This document shows positions 59,713-64,000 of a stretch of 64,000 bases of DNA, piece after piece. The DNA is from an uncultured virus (IMG/VR IMGVR_UViG_3300010938_000011) (taxonomy: Duplodnaviria; Heunggongvirae; Uroviricota; Caudoviricetes). The stretch is from the IMG/VR virus record IMGVR_UViG_3300010938_000011. One strand, given 5' to 3'. How positions within the stretch are numbered: position 1 is the stretch's first letter; every line of letters begins with the position of its first letter. The translations under genes were made by a program, and so were the position numbers. The notes below the pieces were generated by a model. The model made no database searches, was not told where the DNA came from, and worked only from the letters and a program-made list of their open reading frames with translations.

Positions 59713-60138
59713 ATGAATACAATGACTATCACTAAAAGAACAAAAATCTTATGGCTAAATTCTTTAAAGGATTTAATTAGGTATGATGAAACAGAGATTG
59801 ATACTGGTTCACATATAGTACCTTTAATTTTAAATAAGAATAAAGAGGTAGAATTTTTATCTGATTCAGTACCAGAAGAATTAGAATCTTTCTTTAAAGA
59901 GTTTATAAATTTACTTTACAAAGAAGGAGTCTCTTTAACTATGAACGAAAGACTAAGTGTAATAGATATGATTTTAGAAGTTATAGAAGAAGGAGAAACT
60001 TCTTTTTATTCTTTTGGAAAAGGTTCTATAAGAATATGTAAATATAATGATTTAACAGGTTCTTATGAGATTGAAGAAGAAACTCTAGTTTCAGATAGTG
60101 TAAAAAATTTAATATCTAAAGCTACTATTAAACTTTGA
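59713..60138 (+). CDS. hypothetical acidic protein
   Basis: ORF track; GGAGG SD. Confidence 0.7.
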   Translation: MNTMTITKRTKILWLNSLKDLIRYDETEIDTGSHIVPLILNKNKEVEFLSDSVPEELESFFKEFINLLYKEGVSLTMNERLSVIDMILEVIEEGETSFYSFGKGSIRICKYNDLTGSYEIEEETLVSDSVKNLISKATIKL

Positions 60139-60159
60139 TTTATATAGGAGGTAAAAAAT

Positions 60160-61332
60160 ATGAAAAAAATATTAACTATATTACAACCTTCAGTGATTGA
60201 TTATGAGAGAAAAGTTTATTCTCATAGAGATTCTGGAATTGGTGTTCAACTAGGAATGCTTAGAAAAATAGGTTCTAAATATAAATGGGTTCATGTACTT
60301 CCTAAATTAACAGATGGATACCATACTCAATTTGAAAAATATGGATATGTATATCAATGGGATTATCCTCTAAATACTTATGAGGCTAGATTTAAGGTAG
60401 ATATAAATTCTATTCCTAAAATGGATTATAATTTTATACAAAACAATATTCCTGAAAAAGCCAAAGAAATAAAAACTATCTATTATGATATACCATTAAT
60501 GTATGCTAATTATTTTATAGATACTCCTACATATCCTAAAACTCAAGGAGCTTCTTTATATCCTAAACAATTAGAAGGAGCTATAAGTTCAGATATTCTA
60601 ACCTTTACTACAGAAAGTATTAGAGAAGATTTTATTCAAAATGCTCCTAAAACTACTAGAGAGATCTTAGAAAATAAACCTACCTATATTTTAGATGTAG
60701 GATTTTCGGCTTTTGAAATAAATTCTTTTGATGAGAATAAATTTAATTTTAAATATCAATATGATGAATCTTTACCTATAGTATTTTTTCCTAATAGAAT
60801 CTCTAAACCTGATTATACTAATTTTGAAAAATTTGCTAAAGCAATTCAAATTATAGAATCTAAATATCCTGACTTTAAATTTAATCTATTCATAGCTAAT
60901 CCTAGCGGCAAATACTATACTAAAGAAGATTTTAAATCTATGTTTAAGAATTATATTCCTACAGATCTTCTATCTAGAGAAGAATATTTATATATTTTGA
61001 AAAAAGCCCATTGTGTAATTAATTTATTTTTATATGAGCTATATGGAGGATGTGCTAATACAGAAGCAATTTATGCAGGAGCTTATCCTATTATGCCTAA
61101 AGTATTTGAATATGCTAAAAGAGCTCCTGAAGATTATCCATTCTTTGTAAATCTAAAATCTGGATCTTTTGGAATAGACGAAGAAGATTTAGCTAATAAA
61201 ATTTATGATTGTTTAAATTCTCAAAAAGATCAAAACTTAATAAATTGGATGAGAAAAAATATTTATGAAAAATCTTCTTTAGAAAAAGCTGCAGAAGTAT
61301 TAGATTTAATTATTCAAAAACATTCTAAGTGA
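60160..61332 (+). CDS. GT-B fold glycosyltransferase
   Basis: FPNRIS, LSREEYL-IL, ELYGGCANTEA (Ex7E-like), YPIMP. Confidence 0.8.
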   Translation: MKKILTILQPSVIDYERKVYSHRDSGIGVQLGMLRKIGSKYKWVHVLPKLTDGYHTQFEKYGYVYQWDYPLNTYEARFKVDINSIPKMDYNFIQNNIPEKAKEIKTIYYDIPLMYANYFIDTPTYPKTQGASLYPKQLEGAISSDILTFTTESIREDFIQNAPKTTREILENKPTYILDVGFSAFEINSFDENKFNFKYQYDESLPIVFFPNRISKPDYTNFEKFAKAIQIIESKYPDFKFNLFIANPSGKYYTKEDFKSMFKNYIPTDLLSREEYLYILKKAHCVINLFLYELYGGCANTEAIYAGAYPIMPKVFEYAKRAPEDYPFFVNLKSGSFGIDEEDLANKIYDCLNSQKDQNLINWMRKNIYEKSSLEKAAEVLDLIIQKHSK

Positions 61333-61341
61333 GGAGGAAAA

Positions 61342-61848
61342 ATGCTTGAAGTAAAATTTTATAAAGTAAGAAATGTGAAGTTACCTAGAAAAAATGTAGA
61401 AAGTGATGCTGGTATAGATTTTTTTATACCAGAAAAAGAAGAATCTTTTATAGAGGATTTAAGAGCTAAAAATAAAAGAGTTCATATAGAAGGAAATTCT
61501 ATTGTTTTTCAAGATACTAATAATATTTTAATTCCTTCAGGAATCAAATCTATTATTCCTCAAGGTTATTGCTTAGTAGCTTTTAATAGAAGTTCTGTAT
61601 CTTCTAAAATTGGATTAGATATAGGAGCTTGTGTAATAGATGAAGCTTATAGAGGTGAAATACATTTACATTTTTTCTATACTAAAAATGAACCATTAGT
61701 TCTAGAATTTGGCCAAAAAATAGCTCAATTCCTATTATTACCAGTTCCTAAAATTCAAATAACTGAATTAGACCAATATCCTTCTGATTTAGAAGATAGA
61801 GGAGGAGGATTTGGAAGTTCAGATAAAAAGGAGGTTTCTTATGCTTGA
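61342..61848 (+). CDS. dut: trimeric dUTPase
   Basis: AGIDF, RSS, VIDEAYRGEI, KIAQ, RGGGFGSS. Confidence 0.93.
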   Translation: MLEVKFYKVRNVKLPRKNVESDAGIDFFIPEKEESFIEDLRAKNKRVHIEGNSIVFQDTNNILIPSGIKSIIPQGYCLVAFNRSSVSSKIGLDIGACVIDEAYRGEIHLHFFYTKNEPLVLEFGQKIAQFLLLPVPKIQITELDQYPSDLEDRGGGFGSSDKKEVSYA

Positions 61849-62386
61849 ACTAAAAATAATAGAAGACCATTTACCAATTAGAAGAAAAAGTAGACCAGGA
61901 ATAAAAAGACCTGAAACTAGAGCTTTAGTAGTTCATTATACAGGAGGACCTGGTCATACTGCTAAAATAGTTAGAAATTGGTTTAGCATTATAGGAGATT
62001 CTGAAGATAAATATCCTGCAGCCTCTTCTAATTATATAATAGATCTTAATGGAGATATTTATGAAATAATTCCTAAAGAAGAAGTATCTTGGCATGGAGG
62101 TGGAAGATCTTATACAGATTTAGCTAAAAAATTATTTACAACTCCAAAAGGATATATAGATCCTAATCTATATTCAATAGGAATAGAAGTATGTCATCCT
62201 GATGTTACAGGAAAATTTACTAATGAATCTTTAGAAGGCTTAAGAAGATTATTACTCTATTTAAGATCTATATATGGAAATATACCAATCATAAGACATC
62301 ATGATATTACAGAAAAGCTATGTCCTTTATGGTTTGTCCAACATCCTGAAGAATGGAATAAATTCTTAGAAAGCTTGGAGGCTTAA
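61841..62386 (+). CDS. N-acetylmuramoyl-L-alanine amidase (Amidase_2), putative endolysin
   Basis: VVHYT, SSNYII, WHGG, SIGIE, IRHHD, KLCP; AAGGAGG SD before ATG 61841. Confidence 0.9.
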   Translation: MLELKIIEDHLPIRRKSRPGIKRPETRALVVHYTGGPGHTAKIVRNWFSIIGDSEDKYPAASSNYIIDLNGDIYEIIPKEEVSWHGGGRSYTDLAKKLFTTPKGYIDPNLYSIGIEVCHPDVTGKFTNESLEGLRRLLLYLRSIYGNIPIIRHHDITEKLCPLWFVQHPEEWNKFLESLEA

Positions 62387-62387
62387 T

Positions 62388-62858
62388 ATGAGTTTAGAAA
62401 AATATGTTAAGCCTAAATTGCTTAATTATTTTCTAAAAATAGTATATGCAGTATCTAATAATTCTGAATGCTTATCTAGAAAAACAGGATGTATTTTAAT
62501 AAAAGAAAATACTATAATCTTAGAAGGATGGAATTCTCCTCCTTCTAAGTCTAATCCTGAAGAATGTGAAAGATGTATGTTAAAAGATAAATCTTCTATA
62601 GATTATGGAATATGTACTCATGCTGAAGCTAATTTAATAGCTTCAGCTGCAAAATTTGGTATAAGAACAGAAGGATGTGTTCTATTAACTGTAACTAAAC
62701 CTTGTTTATACTGTTCAGGATTAATTATTAGAGCAGGAATTTCTGCTGTTTTATATTTAGAAGGTTACAGAGGAAACTCAGAAAATCTTTTAAAAAAAGC
62801 TAATGTAGAACTAATAAATTTAAAGGAGATAAATACACATGACACCTACGGTTTATAA
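62388..62858 (+). CDS. dCMP deaminase
   Basis: S-C-SRK-GC, GWN, HAEAN, PCLYC. Confidence 0.9.
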   Translation: MSLEKYVKPKLLNYFLKIVYAVSNNSECLSRKTGCILIKENTIILEGWNSPPSKSNPEECERCMLKDKSSIDYGICTHAEANLIASAAKFGIRTEGCVLLTVTKPCLYCSGLIIRAGISAVLYLEGYRGNSENLLKKANVELINLKEINTHDTYGL

Positions 62859-63519
62859 TAATTTAGATGAAGTTTTTATTCAAATGTACGAAAAAGGTTA
62901 TTTCCTATCAAAAAGAGGAATAAAGTACAAATGCTTGTTTAATCCTATAATTGTCCTAAAACCAGGAGTTATAAAAACCTATAAAAGCAGACCTTTAAGT
63001 ATACAATATTTGATAGATGAATTGAGGTGGTATTTGAATCCTAATGAAGAAAATACTGAAAGAATTAAAAAATATAAAATATGGAAAGAGTATTTTGATG
63101 GAGGAAAAATATTTTCAAATTATGGTGAAAAAGCTTTAAAACAATTACCTAATGTAATTAAGGAATTACAAAATGATATGTTTACTACTAGAGCTATAAT
63201 TTATTATGGTTCTATAGAAAATTTAGGTATTATACAAAATGGAGAATCTATAGATATGGTATGTACTATCGCTATGCAATTTTATTTTACTTTAGATAAT
63301 TTCTTAAATGCTACAATTTATATGAGATCTAATGATTTAATATTTGGATTTTTTTATGATTTTATATGGGCTTCTTTGTTATTTGAAAAAGTATTAAAGA
63401 ATTTTCCTAAAGCTAAAACTGGAAATTTAACTTGGATTGTTACCAATCTTCATGTTTATGAAAAAGACTTTAAAAAATTAGAAGAGATTTATTTTGAAAT
63501 AAAAGGAGGTTTAAAATGA
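62839..63519 (+). CDS. dCMP hydroxymethylase-like (T4 gp42-like; thymidylate synthase superfamily)
   Basis: Y---EL-WY, SNYG, DMVCT--MQF, MRSNDLIFGFFYD (Asp at the specificity position), NLHVYE. Confidence 0.85.
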   Translation: MTPTVYNNLDEVFIQMYEKGYFLSKRGIKYKCLFNPIIVLKPGVIKTYKSRPLSIQYLIDELRWYLNPNEENTERIKKYKIWKEYFDGGKIFSNYGEKALKQLPNVIKELQNDMFTTRAIIYYGSIENLGIIQNGESIDMVCTIAMQFYFTLDNFLNATIYMRSNDLIFGFFYDFIWASLLFEKVLKNFPKAKTGNLTWIVTNLHVYEKDFKKLEEIYFEIKGGLK

Positions 63520-64000
63520 AAGCTTGTGTTTTTATTTTAAATGGATATACAGATTTTTATCCTATAACTAAAGAATCCTTTAAAAGAAGTTTTCCTAATT
63601 TAGATATATATAGAATAGAAGGACCTACTGAAAAATCTTACTATTCAAAAGATACTATACTTTATTTTGATGATTTAGATTTAGAACATAAATTTTATGT
63701 AAGCTATTTCCATCCTAGTACTTTTAAATTAGTTCTAATGATTCATGAAGAAATCAATAAGATTATTGAACATTACGATAGAATTATAATTTCTGATGAT
63801 GATATTTATTTCTTTAGAGGATTTGATTTAAAAGAATATGAATTAGCAGCTGTAAGAGATCCTTTTAGTAGAAATACTTTCTCTAAAGTTTTTAAAGTAT
63901 TTAATTGCTTTAATTTTGGATTTTCTATTTACTCTAAAGAATATTTTAAGAGAGCTAAAGAATTTGTTCAAAATGAGATTTTTAATAAAAAAATTAAAGA
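63516..64000 (+). CDS. GT-A glycosyltransferase, GT8-like (partial, runs off window)
   Basis: Translated by hand from ATG 63516: YDRIIISDDDIYF (DxD), LAAVRD, FNFG; AAGGAGG SD, ATGA-coupled. Confidence 0.75.
   Translation, partial: MKACVFILNGYTDFYPITKESFKRSFPNLDIYRIEGPTEKSYYSKDTILYFDDLDLEHKFYVSYFHPSTFKLVLMIHEEINKIIEHYDRIIISDDDIYFFRGFDLKEYELAAVRDPFSRNTFSKVFKVFNCFNFGFSIYSKEYFKRAKEFVQNEIFNKKIK

Noticed and set aside
62839..63519. Ordinary thymidylate synthase (thyA)
   Set aside because: Lacks the PCH and PFN motifs; has gp42-type D-VCT and Asp at the specificity position

Overview
A 64-kb, very AT-rich segment of a large lytic myophage with T4-like head morphogenesis. All convincing genes are on the + strand and standard code 11 fits. 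The window holds a near-complete virion module (tape measure, baseplate, spike, portal, prohead protease/scaffold, major capsid, large terminase, neck, sheath, tube) plus several large orphan helical proteins. Accessory genes include an AcrIII-1/DUF1874 ring nuclease, a patatin, two SpeD-like decarboxylases, a class II RNR, an NAD-dependent ligase, a MoxR-like AAA+ ATPase and scattered lysis genes. The right end holds a cytosine-modification cluster: a T4 gp42-like dCMP hydroxymethylase, two glycosyltransferases, dUTPase, dCMP deaminase and an Fe-S uracil-DNA glycosylase. Read directly from the DNA: a TACTAT hexamer precedes at least 15 starts, with spacing that suggests leaderless late mRNAs; an internal promoter/SD/ATG lies inside the protease gene; an A9 / A_AAA_AAG site leads into a startless 80-codon frame; and an exact 30-bp sequence occurs twice, 33 kb apart. 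All calls come from motif reading only; no searches were run.
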